Assembly: GCA_963845755.1 (NCBI GenBank)
Contig: CAWJTV010000039.1
Span: forward strand, 160,001-224,000
Source of the DNA: an uncultured Planctomycetota bacterium
GTDB taxonomy: Bacteria; Planctomycetota; Planctomycetia; Isosphaerales; Isosphaeraceae
Direction of reading: 5' to 3'
Length of the DNA: 64,000 bases
The position numbers and the translations under genes are program-made. Each line of letters begins with the position of its first letter. Position 1 is the first letter of the stretch. Below the pieces are notes generated by a model. The model saw only the letters and a list, made by a program, of their open reading frames with translations. It was not told where the DNA came from and did not search any database. Shown here piece by piece: positions 43,245 through 53,497 of this stretch.

Positions 43245-44135
43245 ATGATGGACGACTCGGGGATGATTGTGGCCCAGTGGCTCTACGCGTCAGTCGAGCA
43301 TTTCGACGAGACGAAAGACCGGCCAAAAGGGATTAGCGGCATCCTGGCCATCGATCCCGATGGAGGCGATTGGCGGTTGGTCGCTGAGCGTAGGCGGATA
43401 AGCAATCTGCGGCTCACTCGTGATGGGGAGACTCTCGCGTTCCTGGAGGACCAGCCGGACCCGAACCTCTGGATTCTCGGCCGTCAATTCGGCTCTGTAC
43501 CCAAGCTGGTGACCCGTCTTATCGGGTTTGCCTCCTTCGTCTGGTCGAGCACGGGCGAGGAGTTCTTCGTCACTCTCAGAGGTCCGGCTGCCCGCCAGGC
43601 AGGTCGGGAAGGGGCCTGGCGCGTCGATACGAGCGGCTCGAATTGGAGACGACTCCTCCTCCAAGAGAGCGAACGGGTTCAAGATTGCTCGCCGGACGGC
43701 CAATGGCTTCTGACCAGTTCCTTCGGCTCCCCGAGGATCAAGATCGTCCGCCCAGACGAGACCGACTTGCGAGACCTGACCGGGCCGGGAGAGAAATGCA
43801 TTCGACCGCGCTTCTCGCCGGATGGGAGCCGCATCGTCTATGCGTCGCCGACAGACCACGGCGAGTCGCTCTGGGTGTTGGATTTGGGCAGGTGGGAACG
43901 CCGGCTGCTCCGGCCCGAATCCCAGGTCACGATCGTGGCGTCTTGGTCACCGGACGGCTCGCGGCTCGCGCTGAAATTGGTGGATTGCGTCTATGACGAT
44001 CGCGGTAAGCTGACGGTACCGAGCAACGACCTATCTCGGATGAGGCCACGGATCGAGATCATGGACGCGGACGGGGGTGGCCGCCGTCCGCTCAATCTGC
44101 CGCCAGGCAGGATTCTCCTCGGAGATTGGCGCTGA
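43245..44135 (+). CDS. TolB-like beta-propeller (PD40 repeat) protein
   Basis: CSPDGQWL, PRFSPDGSRIVY, SWSPDGSRLA, DWR end. Confidence 0.85.
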   Translation: MMDDSGMIVAQWLYASVEHFDETKDRPKGISGILAIDPDGGDWRLVAERRRISNLRLTRDGETLAFLEDQPDPNLWILGRQFGSVPKLVTRLIGFASFVWSSTGEEFFVTLRGPAARQAGREGAWRVDTSGSNWRRLLLQESERVQDCSPDGQWLLTSSFGSPRIKIVRPDETDLRDLTGPGEKCIRPRFSPDGSRIVYASPTDHGESLWVLDLGRWERRLLRPESQVTIVASWSPDGSRLALKLVDCVYDDRGKLTVPSNDLSRMRPRIEIMDADGGGRRPLNLPPGRILLGDWR

Positions 44136-44144
44136 GTGACAAGT

Positions 44145-44174
44145 AGAAAGGGTGATTCATAGTTGAGACTTTCC
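44145..44174. repeat. Palindromic site family A, copy 3 (AGAAAGGGTGA-TTCATAGT-TGAGACTTTCC)
   Basis: 9 bp after the upstream stop, directly followed by AGGAG RBS and ATG. Confidence 0.85.
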
Positions 44175-44185
44175 AGGAGCGAGCC

Positions 44186-44494
44186 ATGCGACTACCCCGC
44201 GTGAGGTGTACCCTGCGGTCGATCATGATCGCACTGGGGATCTTGGCCTTGCTCCTGGGAACGGAACGGCTTCTGTTTCATTATGCGGTGAGCCTGGTGG
44301 CATCACATAATGATTATCTCTGGAACGAGGCGGTAACCGTCTGGGTGACCCTGAACATCGCGCTGTCTCTCCCCATCGGGCTGTCAGCCGCCATTGTCCG
44401 GGCCGCAACGAAAGACCAGGCCGAGGCACGTAGAGCGCATCGGGTGAACCATAGGTCACCCTTTCCATTCCCGGCGGCGACTCGGCCGCGCTGA
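44186..44494 (+). CDS. Small two-TM membrane protein (MRLPRVRCTLRSIMI leader)
   Basis: AGGAG RBS; two hydrophobic segments. Confidence 0.7.
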   Translation: MRLPRVRCTLRSIMIALGILALLLGTERLLFHYAVSLVASHNDYLWNEAVTVWVTLNIALSLPIGLSAAIVRAATKDQAEARRAHRVNHRSPFPFPAATRPR

Positions 44495-44552
44495 GGTCGA
44501 GGAGCTGACACCCCCGCGTAGCTCCTATCCGCATGACCACCTCTGCTCGGTG

Positions 44553-44578
44553 GTAAATCAAACGAGGGTTTACCTTAC
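44553..44578. repeat. Palindromic site family B, copy 3 (GTAAATCAAAC-GAGG-GTTTACCTTAC)
   Basis: First 13 bp identical to 41516. Confidence 0.7.
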
Positions 44579-45033
44579 ATATGGGCCGCCGCCCACGCCG
44601 GGTCGGTTTTCCCCGGCTCTTGGTGTAAAGCAATTCGGTAAAGAAATCAAAGTAAGTATCCACGAAGCTACGACGGGTTTCTTGACTATTGCAATGGCGG
44701 GGGGCAGGGCGTGAGCTGGCGGAACGGATGAAGCTGCGGGCGAGCGGTCGCTGAACGTCGCCATTGCGGCAGAATGTGAATTTCGATGGACTGAGCTGCC
44801 GTCGATCACGCAGTCTGGCGTCACATTCCGGACGAATCGGCACTCTTGTGATACCGATCGGGAAATCAGAGCCATCTTCGATCGTCTGGAGGGAGCCACC
44901 CGAGCTGTCGTCGATCCTGGCCTCTCCTTCTGAAGCGCATGTCTCAGACCGTTTCATCTTTTGTCTTGTTCTCAACAAGGCGATAGACTCACAAATCAGC
45001 GTCTCCTTCGCCTTTTGATCACGCTCGAGGAGG

Positions 45034-45661
45034 ATGGTAGGGCATCCTCCTCGAGCTTTCCCTTGGGAGCAGTACCTCCCGTGGGCGCCGGTCAGGGTAC
45101 GCCAAAGCACGGCACTTCGGCCAGAGGGCGCCGACCGCGCCCGCGGATTTGTTTCCGCAAGGGGTGTGGACGCAAGTATCAGCCCCGCCGCTGGAACCAG
45201 CGCTACTGCCAGGACCCGCAATGTCAGCGGGAGGTCCACCGCTGGCAGGCAGCGCGCCGGCAAGCCCGACATCGCCAGCACGCCCAGGCCAGAGCCCAGC
45301 ATGCCCAGGCGGAAAAAGCGCGCCGTCAGCGAGCGAAGTCTGCGTCCCAGACCATTGAGAGCTCAGAAGTTACGCCGGCGCGTGGTCACGCAGCAGAAGA
45401 TTTTTTTCTCCGCCGTTATGCGATCGGCCGGGCTGCCATGAGCACCCCGTGAGCTCGCCCCGCAACCCCGCCCGCTACTGCGGCCCTGCCTGCCGGCAGG
45501 CCGTTCGCAATGTCCAGGACCGGGAACGCAAGTGGCTTTCCCGCGGCACCTCGGATGGGCGGAAGAAGCGCGCCATCGAGTACCAGGCCGCACGAAGGCG
45601 CCGCATCGTTCGATCAGGCCATCTCACCAACTCGGCACCATCGCGACCACCTCCCCAATGA
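45034..45661 (+). CDS. IS-borne Cys-rich basic hypothetical protein (frame change at T7 run near 45400; start uncertain)
   Basis: CFRKGC...YCQDPQC then CDRPGC...YCGPAC. Confidence 0.45.
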
Positions 45662-45756
45662 CGGTCCTCCCCAGGCGGCGCCGGTCGTCACTTATCGCGT
45701 GGCCATCCGCCGCGCTGGTTTGCTGGAGCCGGTGGTTTTCCCTCAGGAGTTCCAGC

Positions 45757-46166
45757 ATGCCTGCGACACCCATCCTCGTCCCCGCGCGACTGCGGCGTCC
45801 CCCCAGACCGGTTGGTCCTGGGTCGACCGTCGCTTCGTGCGCGAGCACGCCGCGCACCTCTCCCGCGACGCCGTGCTGCTGTACTTCACCCTCTGTGCCG
45901 TGGCCGACAAGCACGGGTTGTCGTTCTATGGCGACGCCACCATGGCCGCCATGGTGCGGATGAACTTGCCGGCCCTGATGGCCGCCCGTGAGGAATTGCT
46001 CGCCCGCGATCTCATCGCCCATGAGACGCGTTTCACTCAGGTGCTCTCCCTGCCGCCAGCCGGCCAACGCCGCGGTGAGTCCGGCGGAGGACTGATGTCT
46101 CTGGGCGAGATCTTGCGCCAGGCCGCCGCACTCCCTCAGCTCGACGACGAAAGGAGCCTGCCATGA
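45757..46166 (+). CDS. IS-borne winged-helix-like protein; frameshift near 45800
   Basis: WSWVDRRF...LLYFTLCAVADKHGLSFYGD...QVLSL; AGGAG RBS; stop overlaps istA ATG. Confidence 0.7.
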
Positions 46167-47674
46167 ACGTCGGTTTGTGGGCGGAGATCCGCCGCCTGGC
46201 CGAGATCGACAAGCTCTCCACCCGGGCCATTGCGCGACGACTCCACTGCGCCCGGCGGACCGTGACCGCGGCCCTCCAGCGGGATCATCCCTCGCGCCCC
46301 CCCGTGCACGCCGCGCCAGTCTTTTGGACCCGTACAAGGCCAAGATCAACGCCTTGGTGGAAAAGTGTCCCGAACTCTCGGCGGTGCGAATCCGCGAGGA
46401 GATCGCCCGCGGGCCCGACGGTTATACCGGCAGTACGATCCTCGTGCGTCGCTATCTCCGGACCATCCGCCCGGCTCGCGGACGGATCTACCAGGAGGTC
46501 CATTACGAGCCGGCCCAGGCCATGCAGGTGGACTGGGGCGAGTGCGGTCACGTCCAACTCGGGACCACGACCCGCAAGGTCTCGGTCTTCGTGGCCGTGC
46601 TCTGCTACAGCCGCCTGATGTTCATCGAGTTCACGCTGTCGCAGCGCAAGGCCGAGTTCTATCGCGGCGTGGTGCACGCCCTGGAGTTCTTCGGCGGCAG
46701 TCCCCGCGCCCTGATCGTCAACAACTTGAAAGCCGCCGTCCTCAACGGCTCGGGCCGCACCGCCTGTTTCCATCCCGAGTTCCTGGCGCTGTGCGGTCAC
46801 TTCTGCCTGCAGCCGATCGCTTGCGAACGACGCGACCCGGAATCCAAAGGGATCGTCGAGGGGGCCGTGCGCGTACGTCAAGCACAACGCCTTGGCCGGC
46901 CGTGGGGCGGAGCTGACGGGCTTCGAGGACTACCTGGCTCTGGCACCACTGTGGCGTGACCAGGTGGCCAACGTGCGGCTCCATGAGACGACCAAAGAGC
47001 GGCCGGTCGATCGCTTCCTGCGTGAGCGCCCGCGGCTGCGCCCGTTGCCGGCGATCCCGTTGGACACCGACGAGGTCGTGGCCGCGGTCGTCAGTCCCCA
47101 TGCGCGGGTCGAGTTCGACGGCAACCGCTATTCGACACCGCCGAAGTTCGCTCGCCGGGCGGTCACGATCCGCGCCGACCGCGACGCGGTCCGCGTCCTC
47201 CACGAGGGTCAGGTGCTGACCCAGCATGTCCGTTGCTACCAGCGGGGACAGTTGATGGTCCGGCCGGACCATCGCACTGCCGCGCTGGCCCTGGGCCGTC
47301 GGGCTCGGAGCACCGCGCTGGAACAGACGTTTGACGCGTTGGGGCCCGAGGCACGCCAGTTCCACCTCGGCCTGCGGCGTCAGCCGATCAAGACCGGCGT
47401 TCACCTGCGTCGCTTACTCGGCCTGGCCCAACTCTACGGGGCCACCGAACTGCTCTCCGCCATCGCGGAGGCCCTGGAACTGGCGATCTACGATGCTGCG
47501 GCGGTCGAGAACCTCCTGTTGGCCCAACGGCGACGGCGGCAACTCCCGACCCCCACGTTGCCCACGCCCCGGCGGCGCGAATTGATCGATGAGATCGAAC
47601 TGGAACCGGCCGATCCCAGCTTCTACGATCGCTTCTGCACTCACACCGCGGAGGACGCTCATGGCACGACGTGA
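46163..47674 (+). CDS. istA: IS21 transposase IstA; frameshifts near 46300 and 46870
   Basis: N-terminal HTH, QVDWG, LCYSR, ESKGIVE, FDGNRYS. Confidence 0.9.
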
Positions 47675-48431
47675 GGACAATCTCCAGACCCGATTGGACC
47701 GCGATCTGGCCGAATTGAAGTTGCCCGAGATCGCCAAAGCCTACCGCGAAGTGCTGGATGACGCCGCGCGCAAGGGGAGCTCGATGCTGGAAGTCCTGGC
47801 GACTCTGATCGGCCTGGAGCAAGCCGCCCGTCAGCAACGCGCCCTCCAGCGGCGGCTGTGCGAGGCCCGGCTGCCCAAGTTGAAAACCCTGGCCGAATAT
47901 GATTTCACCTTTCCCAAGCGGATTCCCAAGGCAACGATCCTGCGGTTGTTCGACTGCGACTTCATCCCCCGCCATGGCTGCGCCGTGCTGATCGGCCCGA
48001 CCGGAACCGGAAAGTCGCATCTCCTCACGGCGTTGGGTTACACGGCGGCCGAGCGCGGCTACTCGGTCCGCCATACACGGGTCGTGGACATGATCAATCA
48101 TCTCACCACGGCCCAGATCAACGGTCTGCTGGGCAAGGCGCTCAAGACCTACGTCCGTCCCAGTCTGCTCCTGCTCGATGAGCTGGGCTATCTGCCCATC
48201 GACAAGCGCGGGGCCGATCTGTTGTTCCAGGTGGTCGCGGCCCGTTATGAATCCGGATCGATCGTCCTATCGACGAATCGACCCTTCCGGGAATGGGGCG
48301 CCCTGTTCGACGTGGACAACACCCTGGCCACGGCCTTGATCGACCGGCTGATGCATCACGGGGAGGCACTGGTGATTCAAGGAGATAGCTATCGGATGAG
48401 AGACAAAGATTCTGATTCGACCAGCGCGTGA
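47661..48431 (+). CDS. istB: IS21 helper ATPase IstB
   Basis: GPTGTGKS, LLLDELGY, LSTN, DRLMHH, GDSYR. Confidence 0.95.
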   Translation: MARREDNLQTRLDRDLAELKLPEIAKAYREVLDDAARKGSSMLEVLATLIGLEQAARQQRALQRRLCEARLPKLKTLAEYDFTFPKRIPKATILRLFDCDFIPRHGCAVLIGPTGTGKSHLLTALGYTAAERGYSVRHTRVVDMINHLTTAQINGLLGKALKTYVRPSLLLLDELGYLPIDKRGADLLFQVVAARYESGSIVLSTNRPFREWGALFDVDNTLATALIDRLMHHGEALVIQGDSYRMRDKDSDSTSA

Positions 48432-48923
48432 ATCGGCGCGGCGCGTCCACGTCCGGAGCGGGTATTCCCCGCGAAGTGAGCATCCTTTGGCGTTAGTGAC
48501 CGGGATGTCCAGCCCACCCTTGAGCCAGCCCGGCGATCCTGCCGGGCTGTTGGTTCAAGCGGCCGGTTCCTTGAACAGCGGGCTCGCGTCGGCCCCAGGC
48601 CCTGGTCCAGGATCCGCCAGCAGCTCCAAGTAGGGGCTTCGTCTTGGCGACCTGGTCATCCTGTGGTGGCCCGCGGCGGTCCACGGCGAGTGAATTGGCG
48701 GTGGTCCCGTCCCCAACGTCGGACTCACGGAGCAGGAACGCCTGGCCGGTCCGTCCGCGTCTCGCGACGTCACGACACAGATTGAGACCGACCTCACTCC
48801 GCGCATTTGACCGCGTGCCGAGCGGCGTGGCCGCATGCGCCGATCGTCTTGGACCTCACTCGAGCGCCCCTTGTGGCTCCGTCTTCACGATCAAAAGTGG
48901 CTCTCATTTCCAGATCGGTCCCA

Positions 48924-49279
48924 CTCTTGCTACTCTGCAAGAGCTTGCGGCTCAAGGCGCCGCAAATTAGCCCGATCGTCGCGACGACGAACGAGAAGAT
49001 GGCCAGCTTAAGGATTGAGGCGTAGGTGTTCGGATGAAGGGTGTCGGGCAGATCGAATATACGCTTGATCATATGGGCGGATGGGAGGCCGATCCACATT
49101 CCTGCCGTCGCAAGCCACCCCTGCCACCCCCATTTTGCACCGGCCGCGAGTGTCACGGCCAAGAGCGAGGTGACGATGATGATGGGGCTGACCTCGCCCG
49201 AGAATGCGAAGTTATCCACCAGGGCAATGCCCAGCCCGACAGCGAGGCCGATCCACAGCCGCGTGCTCATCAGATGCAT
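48924..49279 (-). CDS. Small multi-TM membrane protein, interrupted near its 3' end by the IS
   Basis: Frame rejoins across the target duplication as ...LQSSKSADSSGM* with stop at 44821-44823. Confidence 0.7.
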
Positions 49280-49404
49280 TTGATTATTCCTGAGATTGAC
49301 TTCGACACATCGAAAAAGGGATGGCGATGTGCCAGCCACTCTAATTAACTTTGCATTGCAAAGCAATATCGCAGGCCGAAACTTGTCATCCGATTATCGC
49401 GTGA

Positions 49405-49797
49405 TTGCACGCAGTCGTCTTGGTTGTAGGCGGCCCGCTGAAGGAACCGCTGACGGGCTATCACGTCGCGTTCATGTCGCAGGTATCGCAGTCGGTGGCG
49501 TGCACCGGCCTGCACCGGCTGGTGCAACGCTGCTGTCGCTGGCTGCGGATGACCCGCGACCGGGTCGGTTCGGACGAATTGCGACTAACATACGAATATA
49601 TGTCGATGATTCTGAGAGCCCGGAGGGCGGGCGTGACGGAGGCGTTGAGGCCGCTACAGGAGGCGGGGGTGGTGCGGTCGCATCGTGGCCGGATCACGAT
49701 CCTGGACGGAGCGGGTCTGGAAGCTCGTGCGTGCGAGTACTATTTCGTGGTGCGGGATGAATACGATCAACTGCTGGGCGACGCCTGGCATGCGTGA
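49405..49797 (+). pseudogene. Crp/Fnr-family regulator, C-terminal HTH fragment only
   Basis: QSVACTGLHRLVQRCCRWL...RRAGVTEAL...RGRITILD...ACEYY; cNMP domain absent. Confidence 0.75.
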
Positions 49798-50032
49798 CCA
49801 CTCGTTCTGAGATCAATCACGAATGCGATGTCATGTGTAGCGACTCGCAAACATCCGAGGGCGGAATCGCCAAGAGGGCTGTTCGCCGGGTGCAATTCAC
49901 ATTCCCAATCTGCATGGATTTTGAGAGACCGTGACTAAATGGCGGTGTGCCGTTTGCATGGATGGTTCGGCTTGGGCCTGTCGATTTTGGGCGGCAGCCT
50001 GCACGATCACCACAACCGAGGGAGAGGGTGGC

Positions 50033-50353
50033 ATGGCACACGAGCAATATCGAAGCTGCATCGAAGCATGTGTGACTTGTGCACAGGCGTGTGAGCACTG
50101 CGGGGATGCCTGCATCGGGCACGCGGAAATGGCCGGATGTGTCCGCACCTGCCGCGACTGTGCGGCGCTGTGCTGGACGTGCTCCGGTTCCATGAGCCGG
50201 GGTTCGGCCCTGGCGGCGGCGATCTGCCGGGTCTGTGCCGAGGCGTGCGACCAGTGTGCGGTCGAGTGCTCGAAGCACCAGGCCGAGCACTGTCGGCGGT
50301 GTGCGGAGGCGTGCCGCCGCTGTGCCGAAGAATGCCGGAAGATGGCGGCGTGA
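50033..50353 (+). CDS. Four-helix-bundle Cys-rich copper storage protein (DUF326/Csp3-like)
   Basis: Repeated CxxxCxxC; HCRRCAEACRRCAEECRKMA. Confidence 0.9.
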   Translation: MAHEQYRSCIEACVTCAQACEHCGDACIGHAEMAGCVRTCRDCAALCWTCSGSMSRGSALAAAICRVCAEACDQCAVECSKHQAEHCRRCAEACRRCAEECRKMAA

Positions 50354-50399
50354 GCGGGCGACCGTGAGGAGGCTATTGCTGAATCCGTGGAGTGCCGAT

Positions 50400-51843
50400 A
50401 TGAACTCGATTCCACAATCCGAAACCGCTGCCTTGGTCATCGGCGCCGGTCCCGTCGGACTGACGATGGCCTGCGAACTGCTCCGTTACGGCATTCCCTG
50501 CCTTGTCATCGAACAGAATGAGGGGCCTCATCGACGTCTTGAAGTCGCGTGGTGGTGCGGTCGAATGGCGAACGCATCTGACCGGCCTCCAGGGCGATGA
50601 ATGTGTCCGCGCAACGCTTAGCGGTCCGGACGGGACGGAGCAAACCGTGCGCACACGCTGGCTCATCGGGTGCGACGGGGCACGGAGTACCGTTCGCCAC
50701 GAGTTGAACCTCCCGTTCCAGGGAGCGGAGTACGAGGAGACCTTCTATTTGGCCGATGTCCGGATCGACTGGGAGCAGCCCGACGACGAGGCCACAGTGA
50801 TCCTCGACAAGGAAATCCAGGTCGGCGCCTTCCCGCTACCGGAGCCGGGGCGCTGGCGACTCGTTGACGCGCGCGCGACGATCGGTACTGATGATCCTCC
50901 GCTGGCCGTCGAGCGCCTCCAAGGCCTGCTCAACTCCCACGGATTCCCGAACGCTCGCGTCAGCGACCCGGTCTGGGTCTCGTCCTTTCGCATTCACCGC
51001 CGCGTCGTCGATCGGTTTCGCGTCGGGAGCTGCCTGGTAGCCGGAGACGCGGCGCACATCCATAGCCCCGCGGGAGGGCAGGGCATGAACACCGGCATTC
51101 AGGAGGCGTGCAATCTCGCCTGGAAGCTCGGATTGGTTCACGCCGGCGTGGCGCGCGACCCCGAAGGGTTGCTGGATTCCTACGACGCCGAGCGGCGACC
51201 GATCGCCTTGGACGTCCTGCGGGGGACCGATCTGGCCACGCGAGCCGTCACCCTGCGCAATCCTTTGCTGGAATCACTCCGCAATCGACTCGCGTCGTTC
51301 CTGAGCGAATTCGATTTCGTCCGGCAACGGGTTTCGGTGGGAATCTCTGAGCTTGGGGTCAACTACCGAAGGAGCCCTATCGTCGCCGAGGACCGCCCCG
51401 GCGCCATGGGCCTTCACGCCTTTCCCGGCCCCCGGGCCGGCGATCGCGTCCCCGATGTCGCACTCGACCCGGCGGCGAACGATGGTACGGCGCGGCTGTT
51501 CGACCGCCTGCGGGGCACGGGCCACCACCTTCTGCTCTTCGAGGGGGACCGTCCCTCGGCGGACGTCCATGAGAAGCTCGGCGCCCTGGCGCGGCAGGTC
51601 TGCGACCGCGCGGGCGCGTGGATCGAGCCACAGCTCGTGATCGGCGCGGCAAGCAGGCCGGCGTCGCTCTCCTGGGATGGCCGAGTCGTTCTGGACGTCG
51701 ACCGGTCCCTCCATCACCGCTTCGGCGCCGGTGCAGCTTGTCTGTACCTCACGCGTCCGGACGGCTATGTCGGCTACCGGAGCGAGGCCGTCGACGCGGA
51801 ACGGCTCTGGGCGTACCTCGATCGAATCTTCGTCACGGGTTGA
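50400..51843 (+). pseudogene. FAD-dependent monooxygenase with internal deletion and frameshift near 50527
   Basis: GAGPVG, IGCDGARS, AGDAAHIHSPAGGQGMNTG, RPDGYV; the segment normally following the dinucleotide-binding motif is missing. Confidence 0.75.
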
Positions 51844-51908
51844 GGAAGTCCATACACACCCACTGTCCTGCGGCGTGGTCACCCGCGCCGATTCTCAGGT
51901 CGTCGCTG

Positions 51909-53088
51909 TCAAATGTCCGGGCTTTCCCCTTCGGCGGTGGCCTGAACGGCTGGGTGTGGCTCGGATCGCACGATGCGAATCCCGATCTTCCTCGCGCGAC
52001 CTCGGCGTCTTCCTCCTTGCGGATGAAATACACCTCGGTGGTGCGGATATCGCTGTGGCCGGCGAATTCGCGCACTTCGAGCATCGTCGCGCCATTGCGG
52101 ATGGCGTCGTTGATGGCCGTCTTGCATAAGCTATGGATGCCGATGCCGCGGCTACCCAGCCGCCTGGGATCGATGCCCGCCGCCTCGCAGTATTTCTTGA
52201 CCAGCCGCCAGGGAGTCTTGCGGTCGAGGTGCCGCCGCACCAAGCCGCTGCTGTCCGGCGTCATCGGCCGGAAGAGGGTTCCCTCCCGGTCATCCTTGAT
52301 ACCGGCCTGCGCGACGTAGGCCAGGACCGGCCGGGCGGCGTCGAGCAGGATTTTCCGTCGCTTACGGTTCCGCTTCTCGGTGACATGGAGGTAGTGATCG
52401 ACACCGTCGGTCTCCAGGTGGTCGAACGCAGGCTCCGGTGACCGCCGACACCCGGCACCCCGTCAAAAAGAACACGCTCAACATCGCCAGGTCGCGGATG
52501 CCTTGCAGTGTGTCGGTCGGGATGGCCTCCAGCAGGGCCACGGCCTGCTTCTGGGTGAGGGAAGGGGTGGAGTTCTTCTGAACGCCGGCGGCCTTGACGG
52601 CGGCAATGTCCTGGGCGCTCTCCCAGGAAATCAGCCCCTTGGCGGCGAGTTGCTGGTAGGCACCGCGGAGTACGGACAGGCGTCGGGCGATGGTGGCGGT
52701 GGTCATGCCGGCTTCGTGCAGGGCTCGTTTATAAAACTTCACATGATCGGCGGTGACGATTAAGGGTGCCACCCCCTGGGCCTGTATCTGCCGGAAAAAT
52801 TCCGTAAGGTCGCGATGGTACGCCTTGACCGAGTGATTCGACGGTAGCGCGTCGCAGATCCAGGGCACCAGGGCGGCGGTCAGAGCCTGCCCCGCATTGG
52901 TTGAGGGGGTCACTTCCGGTGGCTTCCAGGGCGCGGGCGAGGAAGGCTTGGACTTTGTCCGCGGCCGGGGCGTCGCCCTCGAGGAAGTCGCTGCGCTCCG
53001 GCACGAGGGGAGGGCGGCGCGGTGCCGCCTCGGCCTGCGGTAAGGGGAGGGTCGGGAGCGTGGGTGAGGGGATGGAGTCCATGGGCAT
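51909..53088 (-). pseudogene. Tyrosine recombinase (XerD-like, not IntI); several frameshifts, HxxR reads HSLC
   Basis: SAM-like N-terminus (TIARRLSVLR), TGCRVS, TEKRN, GIHSLCKT, AGHSDIRTTEVY. Confidence 0.8.
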
Positions 53089-53497
53089 AATGTCACCGGA
53101 TAAAAGGTAGGGACGTAAAGCAGATTCTGTCCCTTCCTGCCGAGCCGCCCCAAAGGTCAGGACGCCGCGCCCACACAGGCGATTAGGATCAATGCCCGAG
53201 GGTCCTTACGGCGCGATCGGAGGTGAGAATCGGGTGGGAGGTGCTTCTAGGTCGTCGGGTCCGCTCGGTCCCCGATCGGACATCACCCGTCGGTACGACT
53301 GCAGAAACGCGACTGCACCCACTGGGCGGTTGCGCCTTGCATCGGCGGGCATGAACTCGCAAGAATTGAGAACTACAGATCTTCAGGCCGGTATGTTTGG
53401 ATGCAAAAGTGGGGGATTGCGGTCGCCTATCCCGTCACACGTCCATCAACTCATCCGACGGAGCGAGAAATCCCGCGGAGCAATCAGGAAGTCCTCC

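Larger units (their letters stand above)
44849..48923 (+). mobile_element. IS21-family insertion sequence, 4075 bp, with passenger ORFs
   Basis: TG...CA ends, ~50-bp imperfect terminal inverted repeats (ACCGATCnGGAAATnAGAGCCA), 6-bp target duplication CTCTTG at 44843-44848 and 48924-48929. Confidence 0.92.

Noticed and set aside
43097..44174. Repeats as a CRISPR array
   Set aside because: Spacing is about 1 kb and contains whole genes; no cas genes.
51909..53088. Recombinase as the integron integrase for the attC array
   Set aside because: No IntI-specific insertion evident, and it is over 13 kb from the array.
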